Assembly: GCA_045805205.1 (NCBI GenBank) | Contig: JBJMLR010000011.1 | Span: forward strand, 467,803-531,802 | DNA: 64,000 nucleotides | Reading direction: 5' to 3' | Origin: Bacteroidia bacterium | Lineage (GTDB): Bacteria > Bacteroidota > Bacteroidia > 2-12-FULL-35-15 | In this document: positions 1 to 9,407 of the stretch, piece after piece | How the letters are laid out: each line of letters begins with the position of its first letter | How positions within the stretch are numbered: position 1 is the first letter of the stretch | Translations under genes and position numbers: made by a program | Notes under the pieces: generated by a model | What the model was told of the DNA's origin: nothing | Databases searched by the model: none | Seen by the model: only the letters and a program-made list of their open reading frames with translations

Positions 1-287
1 TTCCTGAAAACGTCACTTCATTTTATAAGCCTGTAATTGAATGGCTTGATCAGTTTTCGGGGTCGCCTACAAAAAAGCTCACATTTGAAGTGAAGCTGGA
101 ATATTTTAACACTGCGTCGTCGAAAATTATCCTGGATATCCTGATGAAGCTCGAAGAGATCCACCAGGTTGGACTTAGCGCAGTGGGCGTAAGCTGGTTC
201 TACGATAAGCGGGACGATGACATGCTTGAAGCCGGCGAAGAATATAAAGATCTCGTTGAATTGCCATTTGAATTAATCGGATTTTAA
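1..287 (+). CDS. DUF1987 (SiaC-like) domain protein, 3' fragment; the reading frame is open to the window edge
   Basis: The frame from nt 3 has no stop and reads ...KLTFEVKLEYFNTASSKIILDILMKLEEIHQVGLSAVGVSWFYDKRDDDMLEAGEEYKDLVELPFELIGF. This parallels the C-terminus of the next gene (ITVNIRLDYFNTTSSKCILDLLF...DLEEAGVNYSEIVKLPFSLIAYS). Confidence 0.55.
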   Translation, partial: PENVTSFYKPVIEWLDQFSGSPTKKLTFEVKLEYFNTASSKIILDILMKLEEIHQVGLSAVGVSWFYDKRDDDMLEAGEEYKDLVELPFELIGF

Positions 288-291
288 AAAT

Positions 292-1389
292 ATGAAATCG
301 AACCTACTATATGAATTGTCAACCGTTTATTCCTATTTCCTGAGGATAAATGAGATCGAATCTGTCGACCTGAGATACCTTGGGTTCTTTTACAAAGATT
401 ATGAAAAGCAGGGGAAGCTCGGAAAGCTGCTGAACTTCAGACGGCCGGGTTCGCAAGAAGCCAATGCGGAGCTGATGGTATCGGAGTGGAGGAATGTATC
501 AAAAGAAGAGTTCAGCTTTTGTCTTTCGCGTCTTTCGAAATATCTGAGCCATAAAGAAAAGGTCAGCTTTTTTCTCGTGCTGTTTGATTCATGTCACTAC
601 AACAGCTGGGTTGTAAAAGAACGGCTGGAATTTGTTCAGCAGATCGCCGAGAAATTATCGATCGACCTGGCATGGTTGCCACGGATCAAAAAACTGTCGA
701 CGCTTCAAAAGGACGTGCCGGATGCAGATGTAACAGATGGCAAGATCCTGTTCGTAAAGGAAAGTGAATTCTACCCCTGGAGAGATGAGCGGAACTCAAA
801 TGAAAAGGAAGCTACACAGACGCTGTTCACTTATATCTATTTCCAGGAGTCGATGCTTGCGTTTGTAAAGCCGCTTAACACGGCAAAAATGAATGGCTTC
901 GTTATCGAACCGGGAAAGCTTTATCCAATGACGGAGGGCGACGTGCTCTCCTGCAATGATAAGGTCATCTCATTCAATGGTGTTTTCAGGCACTACTTCA
1001 GTTCGGAGCAATTCCGGCCTTTGGTTATCGAAGCTACTGAAACAACTCCTTTTGTTCAATTCGACGGTTCGGAGAATAAGCTCGAGATCAGCGGCTGCTG
1101 TGTTCCGGAAAATGGAATGGAATTTTACGCGCGTCTCTACAAGTGGCTCGACAGCTATCTTATAACCAGGCCGAGGAAGATCACGGTGAACATTCGTCTC
1201 GACTATTTCAACACGACTTCCTCAAAGTGCATTCTGGATCTTCTTTTCCGGTTGCAACGATATAAAACTGACGAAGTGGACCTCCGGATCAACTGGTTTT
1301 TCCAGGATGGTGACGGCGACCTCGAAGAAGCGGGAGTTAATTACTCTGAAATTGTAAAGCTGCCTTTTTCACTGATCGCATATAGCTGA
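292..1389 (+). CDS. Protein with an N-terminal domain of unknown function and a C-terminal DUF1987 (SiaC-like partner-switch) domain
   Basis: 365-aa ORF starting 4 bp after the upstream paralog. Residues about 230-365 carry the DUF1987-like LDYFNTTSS...DLEEAG...LPF pattern, from reading the translation. Confidence 0.6.
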   Translation: MKSNLLYELSTVYSYFLRINEIESVDLRYLGFFYKDYEKQGKLGKLLNFRRPGSQEANAELMVSEWRNVSKEEFSFCLSRLSKYLSHKEKVSFFLVLFDSCHYNSWVVKERLEFVQQIAEKLSIDLAWLPRIKKLSTLQKDVPDADVTDGKILFVKESEFYPWRDERNSNEKEATQTLFTYIYFQESMLAFVKPLNTAKMNGFVIEPGKLYPMTEGDVLSCNDKVISFNGVFRHYFSSEQFRPLVIEATETTPFVQFDGSENKLEISGCCVPENGMEFYARLYKWLDSYLITRPRKITVNIRLDYFNTTSSKCILDLLFRLQRYKTDEVDLRINWFFQDGDGDLEEAGVNYSEIVKLPFSLIAYS

Positions 1390-1418
1390 ATAAACAACCC
1401 CTATAACTTACAAACGCT

Positions 1419-4400
1419 ATGAGTGAGGAAATTTTGAAAGCTTTAATGCAGCTGTTTGCGATCATCGCAAAACAGAATGACGGAAGTTCAGCCGGACAAA
1501 GGGAATTTATTGACCTTTTTTTACGGGCTCAGCTGAACGCTGCGAAGTGCGAAGAATATTTGAACCTGTATGATCAATTCCTGCATGGAAGCGATCAGGC
1601 AAGTCCGGAAAAAGAATCCGAGCGGAAGCTTACTTCGATGAAAGATTCCGTGAGAACGCTTTCGATCTGTAAAAAGATAAACAAAACCCTTACCCAAAAG
1701 CAAAAGGTCGTTGTACTGATCAGGCTATACGAATTTATTTGTGTCGCGTCTGGTCATTCGGAGCAGGGCTTCCAGATCATTTCGACAGTGTCTGAGGTAT
1801 TCCGGATCGAACCGGGAGACCGAGCGCTTATTGAATATCTTATTTTCGATAAGCACAGCGCGGAAGCGGATCTCGCCGAAAGCATGCTTATTGCGGAGAA
1901 GGAAGATCAGGACCGATCCGGCAAATTTATCCAGGCCGACGGTCTGGACGGTCGTATTTCGATCATTCGTATCGGTGCAGTGGGCCTTTATTTTTTCAAA
2001 TACAACGGCAATTCGGATATTTTCCTCAACGGATTCAGCGCGAGGAACAATATAATTTATTTGCTGCCACAGGGAGCGACATTGCGCTTGCCAAGAGGAG
2101 CGGTCTATTATGCTGATATTGTTTCCCGTTTCATGGACGAGGGGGTTAAGGAGAAATTTCATTTTACTGCCAGCGACGTTTCTTTTCGTTTTAAAACAGG
2201 TGACCCGGCGCTGAGAAACATCTCTATCGAAGAAGAAGGAGGTAAGCTGATCGGGATCATGGGTGGAAGCGGTGCAGGGAAAACAACCTTGCTGAATGTG
2301 CTGTCGGGAATAGAAACTCCTTCCGGTGGGACCGTTCGTGTCAATGGTATGGATCTTCATGCTAACCGGGCGCAGATGGATGGAGCGATAGGATATATTT
2401 CACAGGACGATCTGCTCTTTGAAGATCTTACTGTTTATCAAAATCTTTTTTATAACGCTGAACTATGTCACGGCGATCAGAAAAGCAGGATCATCGTTAA
2501 CAAAACGCTGTCCACGTTGGCAGGACTTGGTCTCCAGGAAGCAAAGGATATTAAAGTAGGCTCGCCGCTTAATAAGATGATCAGCGGCGGACAACGAAAG
2601 CGGCTCAATATTTCTCTGGAGCTGATCCGGGAACCGCCTATTCTTTTTGTGGATGAGCCGACCTCCGGGTTATCATCCAGGGATTCTGAGAATGTAATGG
2701 ACCTGCTGAAGGAATTATCACTCCGGGGGAAACTGATATTTGTTGTGATCCACCAGCCCTCATCCGACATTTATAAAATGTTCGACAAGGTCATCATCCT
2801 CGATAAAGGAGGATACCAGATCTATTATGGTAACCCGATCGAGGCGGTTATGTATTTCAAGGAAATGACAAACCAGCTGAACAGTGATATCGGCGAATGT
2901 GAGTCATGCGGAAATGTGAACCCCGAAACTATTTTTAATATTATCGAATCGAAAGAAGTAGATGAATACGGTAATTCGACCGCAAACAGAAAAATATCAC
3001 CTGAACAATGGTCAGGATACTATCAGAAAAGGCTGCCTGAAAATCATACAGCGAATGTAAAAACGACTGAAAAAAGCAAATCGTCTTTTTCCCGTCCTGC
3101 AAAGTTTCGCCAATTTAAGATCTTTTTAAAGCGCGATCTCGTTTCCAAGATCAGCAATCTGCAATATATCGCTATCAATCTATTGGAAGCTCCTTTGCTG
3201 GCGATGATCCTTGCCGGATTCATACGTTATTACAGCGGGAGCGAATCTGAATACGTTTTCCGCGAAAACGAAAATATTCCCGCTTATATATTTATCAGCG
3301 TGATCGTCATGCTGTTTTTTGGATTAACGGTTAGTGCGGAAGAGATCTTCAAAGATCAAAAGATCCTGAAGCGGGAGCAATTTCTGAATCTCAGCAAATT
3401 CAGTTACCTGTGCTCTAAGATCTTTTTGTTATTCAGCATTTCAGCCATCCAGTCGCTGTTATTTGCACTTGTCGGAAACTGGATAATCGGGATCCACGGA
3501 ATGTTCCTGGATTATTTCCTTGTATTGTTTTCTGTTTCAGCTTTTGCAAACGTGATCGGTCTGAATATTTCCTCGGCGTTTAATTCAGCCGTTACAATTT
3601 ATATTCTTATTCCATTGTTGATCATCCCGCAGATGATCCTCGGAGGAGCGATGATCAGTTATGATAAGATCAACAGATACCTCGGAGGCGGGGAAAAAGT
3701 GCCGGTTCTTGCAGAGTTTATGATCTCCAGATGGGGCTATGAAGCGCTGATGGTGGACCAGTTCGTATATAACAAATATGAAAAGGAATTCTATCCGATC
3801 GATAAAAAGATCAGCGAGGCGAATTACATTCTTGCATATTATATCCCTGAGCTTCGAAAGATCATCTCCGAAAGCAAATCCGCATTGGAGGAAAATAAGG
3901 CTGGCAAGTCATCCGCAGTTTCTGAAAACCTGGAGACACTCAACGCAGAGTTGAAGAAATTTCCGGGAGAATGTTCGGCGGTGGGATTAAATTTATCCGG
4001 AACACTTTTGAAAAATCCTGACTACCTCGTGAAAGCGGGGAAAGCGCTGGATCTATTGAACGATGAGCAAAGCGATGTTTTTAACTATTGGGACCGGAAG
4101 AACGAGGAGCTGCTTAAGAATTTTAACCGTGCAAACGGACAGGAGAAAGTTACCCGCATCAGGGATGATTATTCAAATGATTACCTGAAGGATATATTGT
4201 GCCGGACATTTGCAAAGAAGAAAGTACTTCGTGACAATGGAGTATTGGTGCAAGTCATCGATCCGATATTCAGATCTGTTGACGGGTCTGCCTTTATATC
4301 GGTCCATGAACCGCTTTTTATACCTGAAAAGAAGCTTTTCGGAAAAACGATCGGTGTTCTTGCTTTTAATGTGCTTGTGATCTGGGTATTCTCGCTGGTT

Positions 4401-4487
4401 GGCTTTGTGGCACTGTATTTCGGCTGGTTAAAAAAGATGCTGAGCTTCAATCCGGGAAAGCTGTTCCGTAGAAAAGCTCAGTTATAA
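1419..4487 (+). CDS. ABC transporter, fused ATPase-permease (ABC-2/ABCG-like), with an N-terminal TerB-like helical domain and an extra middle domain
   Basis: Walker A GGSGAGKTTLLNVLSG, ABC signature LSGGQRKRLNISLEL and Walker B ILFVDEPTSGLSS are present. The C-terminal about 480 aa is hydrophobic with multiple TM helices. The N-terminal 130 aa are helical with two D/E-G repeats reminiscent of TerB/DjlA-N. Confidence 0.8.
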   Translation: MSEEILKALMQLFAIIAKQNDGSSAGQREFIDLFLRAQLNAAKCEEYLNLYDQFLHGSDQASPEKESERKLTSMKDSVRTLSICKKINKTLTQKQKVVVLIRLYEFICVASGHSEQGFQIISTVSEVFRIEPGDRALIEYLIFDKHSAEADLAESMLIAEKEDQDRSGKFIQADGLDGRISIIRIGAVGLYFFKYNGNSDIFLNGFSARNNIIYLLPQGATLRLPRGAVYYADIVSRFMDEGVKEKFHFTASDVSFRFKTGDPALRNISIEEEGGKLIGIMGGSGAGKTTLLNVLSGIETPSGGTVRVNGMDLHANRAQMDGAIGYISQDDLLFEDLTVYQNLFYNAELCHGDQKSRIIVNKTLSTLAGLGLQEAKDIKVGSPLNKMISGGQRKRLNISLELIREPPILFVDEPTSGLSSRDSENVMDLLKELSLRGKLIFVVIHQPSSDIYKMFDKVIILDKGGYQIYYGNPIEAVMYFKEMTNQLNSDIGECESCGNVNPETIFNIIESKEVDEYGNSTANRKISPEQWSGYYQKRLPENHTANVKTTEKSKSSFSRPAKFRQFKIFLKRDLVSKISNLQYIAINLLEAPLLAMILAGFIRYYSGSESEYVFRENENIPAYIFISVIVMLFFGLTVSAEEIFKDQKILKREQFLNLSKFSYLCSKIFLLFSISAIQSLLFALVGNWIIGIHGMFLDYFLVLFSVSAFANVIGLNISSAFNSAVTIYILIPLLIIPQMILGGAMISYDKINRYLGGGEKVPVLAEFMISRWGYEALMVDQFVYNKYEKEFYPIDKKISEANYILAYYIPELRKIISESKSALEENKAGKSSAVSENLETLNAELKKFPGECSAVGLNLSGTLLKNPDYLVKAGKALDLLNDEQSDVFNYWDRKNEELLKNFNRANGQEKVTRIRDDYSNDYLKDILCRTFAKKKVLRDNGVLVQVIDPIFRSVDGSAFISVHEPLFIPEKKLFGKTIGVLAFNVLVIWVFSLVGFVALYFGWLKKMLSFNPGKLFRRKAQL

Positions 4488-4782
4488 TACGTAAGTAAAC
4501 CAGTTTTTTATCCGATTGTATCCGGGGTGTAACGAAGGTACTTTTGTATCGCAAACAAATAGGGAGAATTAGTTTGTTTAGTTAGTGTTAGAGTTAGAGT
4601 AGCGGGGGCTCCGGTGCATATTGCCGGGGCTCTCGCTTTTTCCGGAAATACAGCGTCAGCACATTTATAGGCCTGTCCGGAAAAACTCAGCGATACTACG
4701 TATTTAAACACGAGTTTCTCTGTATTGCCGAGCCCTCTGGCCGGGTTATACATTTGTTTCGTTAAATAAAGGACCATCAGAC

Positions 4783-7700
4783 ATGAACACTTTTTTATAT
4801 ATCATTCATAAGTTAACGCAGCAGCGGCGAGCGGGATCGCTTTTCATAAGAATCTTTTTCCTCGCGTTTCTGCTTGTTCAGCACGGAGAATCTAAGGCAC
4901 AGTGTACAGCCGAAATTGGAAATTATTCTCCACTCATCGGATGCGAAATACTTACGGTTCAGTTTCATGATTCCACGTCCGGCCCGGAGCTTTCAAGAAC
5001 CTGGGATTTTGGTGACGGATCAGCTACTTCCAGCTCTTCAGGTCCGCTGCATAATTTCTCGGCGGGATTTCTCGGCGATACGTCATATGTCATAACGCTT
5101 AGTACTGTTTGTATCAGCGGCCCTGCCAGCACCGCTTATGACACAGTGAAAGTGTATAAAAAACCAAAGGTCAATTTTGCTTCGAATAAATTCACTCTTT
5201 GTGCGCTTACGGATTCTGCATGTTTTACCAATCTTTCAACGTCCGGTCCGGGTTACACTTATCTGTGGAACTTCGGGGATTTCACAACGAGCAGCGCGTA
5301 TCAGCCATGTCACATCTATAGCACCGGTGGTGTTTACCCGGTTCAGCTCACCGTCACAAATTCTCACGGCTGCGCCAATTCCGTGACTTATTCAAGTTAT
5401 ATTACGGTGATCCCGGCACCAACCCTTGATTTCAATCTTAGCTCATTTTTGGGTTGCTCGCCAATGGGGGTCAGCTTTTCGAATATTACAGATACAGTCG
5501 CCACGTCGTTCACTTCATGGCAATGGAACTTCGGCGACGGATCTCCGGTTATCAATGCATTTAATCCTCCGTCCCACACATTCCTGCTGCCGGGAACTTA
5601 TTTTATCACGATGAGTGCTACTAATTCACTGGGCTGCTCGAACAGTACAACAAAAGCAATTGTTGTCCGGACCACGCCTACTTCAACGTTCACTGCAATT
5701 TCGCCGGTTTGCGCCGGAAGCAATTCTTTACTGACCTATACGGGAAATGCGGGTGCTGGCGCTTTATATGCCTGGAACTTTGCAGGAGGGGTTGCAAGTC
5801 CGGGCTCGGGTGCCGGACCGCATAACGTATCGTGGAACAGCGCAGGAACAATGAATGTGCAGCTGACCGTTACCGATAGTGGCTGCACATCCAGCTTTTC
5901 GCTGCCGGTAACCGTAAATCCGCTGCCGGTAGTTACGCTGAATGTTTTTCCGAATGATACCATTTGCCAGGGACAAACAGTAACGTTCACAGCGAGTCCG
6001 TCAACTCTGGTGAACTATCAATTTTATGTGAATTCGGTGATGGTGCAGGATTCTTCCAGCAGCTCATTCACTTCGTCGTCACTTTCTGACGGAGATTCAA
6101 TATATGTTACGGGTTCAAATGCTTTCAATTGTGCAAGCTTAGGAAGCAATGCCGTTGTGATGAAAGTAAATCCGCTGCCGTCGGTTTCGCTTAGCAGCAG
6201 CGGTCTTTCGGCTTGCGCCGGTGACAGTCTTGTGTTTACCGCATCGCCTTCCGGCTACGATAGTTATTCTTTTTTCCAGGGATTTTTAGTGCTTCAGAAT
6301 TCAGCATCGTCTGTTTATTCTACTACTGGATGGGTGAACGGCAATTCGATCTACGTTACTGCAACCGAGAATGGCTGCACCGGACCGCCAAGCAATATTC
6401 TGACTCCGCTGGTTACCCAGCCGCTGCCGACTCCCCAGGTAAATTGTGGAACCTCAACCGATTCTACTATCCAGTTTACATGGCTGCCGGTCTCCGGCGC
6501 CAGTGGCTACCTTGTGAGTGTTAACGGCGGACCGTATGTGTCGCCGAGTTCGGGTGTTCTCGGAACAACTCAGTTTGTCGGTGGCCTCACTACAGGCATG
6601 AGCGCAACGATACAGGTGATCGCGCTGGGTCCCGCACCTTGCGGAAACAGCGACACTTCAGCTGTTCACACCTGCTTTGCGATGAACTGTACCGGCATTT
6701 CTTTTTCCATCAATCCATATCAAACCATTTGTAATGGGGATGCTGTCACACTCGATCTTTCGGGCTTTAGCATAGCAAGTCCATTCGCTTCCTGGAATGG
6801 AGGCGCTTCAACTCCTTATAGCGATTTTACTTTTACGCCGCTGTCGGATGTTACCATTCCTGTAGTCGTGAGCAATCCGGCGCAACCGGGATGTCCGTCT
6901 GCAAGCAACTATTTCGTGATCACCGTTAATCCGCTTCCGGCCGTCGGTATTACCGTAAGTCCTGCAGCGGATAGTATTTGTCAGGGGACGCCGGTAACGT
7001 TCACTGCTTCACCGGCAGGCTATACCGACTATTCATTTTATAATGGGGCCACTCTTATGCAAAGCTCAAATAATCCGAATTTTACTGTACCGGATGTTGC
7101 GGGGAACTATTATATAAGTGTGCAGTCGACCTACCTCGGATGCCAGTATTCAACACCGGCGCTTCCCCTGACAATCCTTCCTGCACCTTTGGTAGCGTTG
7201 ACCTCAGCGCCCGGCGGCGGAACTGTTTGTTACGGTGATACCGTTTTATTCACAGCATTTCCTCCCGGTTATACAACGTACTCTTTTTATAACGGGTCCA
7301 CGCTGCTGCAGAGCTCGGCTTCGAATGTGATGAGCTACGGCGGAATGTTCGTTGGAAGCGGTAATAATATTTCCGTGATCGCTGTCAATTCCGATGGCTG
7401 TAACAGCACATCCAGCAACGTGATCAATTTCACTATTACGCCGCCGCCATCTATTTCGCTTGCCTGTTCTGACCTGGATCTCCAGATCTGTGAAGGTGAT
7501 CCGGTAACATTTACCGCTTCTCCTTCGGGAATGCTTTTATATGAATTTTTTAACGGTACAACGTTACTTCAGAGCTCGGCTTCGCCTTCCTTTGTGACAA
7601 GTTCTCTTCTTGCAGGCAATACAATTACGGTAGTCGGCACAAATGCAACGGGTTGCAAAACCATGATGAGCAATGCATTCTCACTGATGGTGAAGCCAAG

Positions 7701-8442
7701 ACCGGTAGCATATATATCCGCTTCGGACACGACATTATGTGCCGGAACCGTTGCTACGCTTACCGCAAATCAATCGCCGGTTGTTGCCGGTACAACTTAT
7801 ATCTGGAGCACCGGCGCTACTTCTTTAACGACAACAGTCGTTCCGCCGGTGAATACCAGTTATGTGCTTTATTCCAGTCTGAACGGATGCCAGGGAATTC
7901 CCGACACGCTTACAGTATTGGTGGACAATGCTCCGCTGCCGGTGACTACAGCAAGCGGAAGTACAACGCTTTGCATCGGCGACAGCGCCATGCTTTCAGG
8001 GTCCGGCGGATTTACCATGATCTGGACGCCATCGTCTGGATTGAATGATCCTACGATTCCGGATCCGAAAGCGGCACCAACCGTTAGCACAACTTATACG
8101 CTTACCACCAGCAACCTCTATTGCACTTCTTCCGCATCGGTAACTGTTAATGTGGATCTGTGTCTTTCGGATATTACCGGGCCAATCCCAACGGGGATCA
8201 CTCCGAATGGAGATGGGACCAATGACTTTTTTGTGATCCCGGATGTCGGCTACTTCAAAAAGAATTCACTGACAATATATAACCGGTGGGGAAGCGTAAT
8301 TTTTAAAGCTGCACCTTATGCTAATGACTGGAATGGCAGATCCTTAAACGGACAGGATCTTCCGGACGCGATCTACTATTATGTGCTTGATCTGGGAAAT
8401 GACACCGATCCGCATGCAGGTTATGTTGTAATTCAAAGATAA
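4783..8442 (+). CDS. Large PKD/Ig-repeat surface protein with a T9SS type B C-terminal sorting domain (gliding-motility-associated C-terminal domain)
   Basis: The C-terminus ITPNGDGTNDFFVIPDVGYF...LTIYNRWGSVIFKA...DWNGRSLNGQDLPDAIYYYVLDL matches the CHU_C / type B CTD consensus. The body has repeated about 85-aa PKD-like units (VTFTASPSGY..SFYNG). A signal peptide is present. Confidence 0.8.
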   Translation: MNTFLYIIHKLTQQRRAGSLFIRIFFLAFLLVQHGESKAQCTAEIGNYSPLIGCEILTVQFHDSTSGPELSRTWDFGDGSATSSSSGPLHNFSAGFLGDTSYVITLSTVCISGPASTAYDTVKVYKKPKVNFASNKFTLCALTDSACFTNLSTSGPGYTYLWNFGDFTTSSAYQPCHIYSTGGVYPVQLTVTNSHGCANSVTYSSYITVIPAPTLDFNLSSFLGCSPMGVSFSNITDTVATSFTSWQWNFGDGSPVINAFNPPSHTFLLPGTYFITMSATNSLGCSNSTTKAIVVRTTPTSTFTAISPVCAGSNSLLTYTGNAGAGALYAWNFAGGVASPGSGAGPHNVSWNSAGTMNVQLTVTDSGCTSSFSLPVTVNPLPVVTLNVFPNDTICQGQTVTFTASPSTLVNYQFYVNSVMVQDSSSSSFTSSSLSDGDSIYVTGSNAFNCASLGSNAVVMKVNPLPSVSLSSSGLSACAGDSLVFTASPSGYDSYSFFQGFLVLQNSASSVYSTTGWVNGNSIYVTATENGCTGPPSNILTPLVTQPLPTPQVNCGTSTDSTIQFTWLPVSGASGYLVSVNGGPYVSPSSGVLGTTQFVGGLTTGMSATIQVIALGPAPCGNSDTSAVHTCFAMNCTGISFSINPYQTICNGDAVTLDLSGFSIASPFASWNGGASTPYSDFTFTPLSDVTIPVVVSNPAQPGCPSASNYFVITVNPLPAVGITVSPAADSICQGTPVTFTASPAGYTDYSFYNGATLMQSSNNPNFTVPDVAGNYYISVQSTYLGCQYSTPALPLTILPAPLVALTSAPGGGTVCYGDTVLFTAFPPGYTTYSFYNGSTLLQSSASNVMSYGGMFVGSGNNISVIAVNSDGCNSTSSNVINFTITPPPSISLACSDLDLQICEGDPVTFTASPSGMLLYEFFNGTTLLQSSASPSFVTSSLLAGNTITVVGTNATGCKTMMSNAFSLMVKPRPVAYISASDTTLCAGTVATLTANQSPVVAGTTYIWSTGATSLTTTVVPPVNTSYVLYSSLNGCQGIPDTLTVLVDNAPLPVTTASGSTTLCIGDSAMLSGSGGFTMIWTPSSGLNDPTIPDPKAAPTVSTTYTLTTSNLYCTSSASVTVNVDLCLSDITGPIPTGITPNGDGTNDFFVIPDVGYFKKNSLTIYNRWGSVIFKAAPYANDWNGRSLNGQDLPDAIYYYVLDLGNDTDPHAGYVVIQR

Positions 8443-8450
8443 AAACACAG

Positions 8451-9386
8451 ATGAAAATCACGAAGATAATTACCGTACTTGGTTTGCTGCTCTTTCCGGC
8501 AGTCAGGATCTCCGCTCAGCAGGATCCGATGTATACCATGTATATGTTTGATAAGATGCTGATCAACCCGGGTTATACCGGCAGCTCCAACTGGGCGGTC
8601 GGCACATTGAAATACCGCGAGCAATTTGTCGGATTCGACGGTCGCCCTGTGACAGGCACTTTTAATTTCCATGCTCCTGTCCCGAAAAAGCATATCGGGC
8701 TCGGCTTTAAAGTGATCTCCGATAAAGCTGCTGTGATGAGCAATTTAAACGCGTCATTTTATTATGCCTATCATTTGAATTTCGCCGGCGGTAAGCTATC
8801 GCTGGGGCTGGAAGCGGGAGTTTATGACCGACGCATGGATTTTGCAAAATTGATCCTCTCTACTCCGGGGGATCATTCTGTTCCGATCGAAGCTGTCAGC
8901 TCTACGGTTCCCGATGCATCGCTCGGTTTGTATTATCAGAAAAAGCAATTTTATCTGGGCCTTTCGGATTGTCATCTGCTGAAGAGAAATTTCAACTATC
9001 ATACGTTGAATGAATCCGAATCGCACTTATACAACCACTATTATCTCCTTGGAGGAACTGTTTTAGATCTTTCCGATAAGATTGCATTCGAACCCAGCTT
9101 CCTTGTGAAGTATCAGCCTGCCGCACCGGTTCAGCTGGATGTGAACGGACTCCTGAGCTTTTATGACCGCATAGCCGTGGGTGTTCATTATCGCACCGGA
9201 GATGCGGCTGCCGCCATGATCAAGATCAACATCCTTGAAAATTTAAGGGTGGCATACAGCTATGATATGACCATTTCCGGCTTGTCCGGGTATTCACACG
9301 GTGCGCATGAGATCATCATCTCCTACGGCATCCGGATCCCGCCGCCACCGGCCGAAAAGGAAGTTCACCCAAGATATTATTACTAA
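8451..9386 (+). CDS. PorP/SprF family type IX secretion system membrane protein
   Basis: After the signal peptide comes QQDPMYTMYMFDKMLINPGYTGS, the hallmark N-terminal motif of PorP/SprF. It starts 8 bp after the type B CTD gene, which is the canonical pairing. Confidence 0.85.
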   Translation: MKITKIITVLGLLLFPAVRISAQQDPMYTMYMFDKMLINPGYTGSSNWAVGTLKYREQFVGFDGRPVTGTFNFHAPVPKKHIGLGFKVISDKAAVMSNLNASFYYAYHLNFAGGKLSLGLEAGVYDRRMDFAKLILSTPGDHSVPIEAVSSTVPDASLGLYYQKKQFYLGLSDCHLLKRNFNYHTLNESESHLYNHYYLLGGTVLDLSDKIAFEPSFLVKYQPAAPVQLDVNGLLSFYDRIAVGVHYRTGDAAAAMIKINILENLRVAYSYDMTISGLSGYSHGAHEIIISYGIRIPPPPAEKEVHPRYYY

Positions 9387-9407
9387 ACTTTTTTATGACC
9401 GCTACTC

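Noticed and set aside
4783-8442. Periodic DNA repeats that could be mistaken for a CRISPR-like array
   Set aside because: They are coding repeats of PKD/Ig domains inside one long ORF. The spacing and content are protein-domain repeats, not repeat-spacer units. The same applies to the LTD repeats in 27754-31164.
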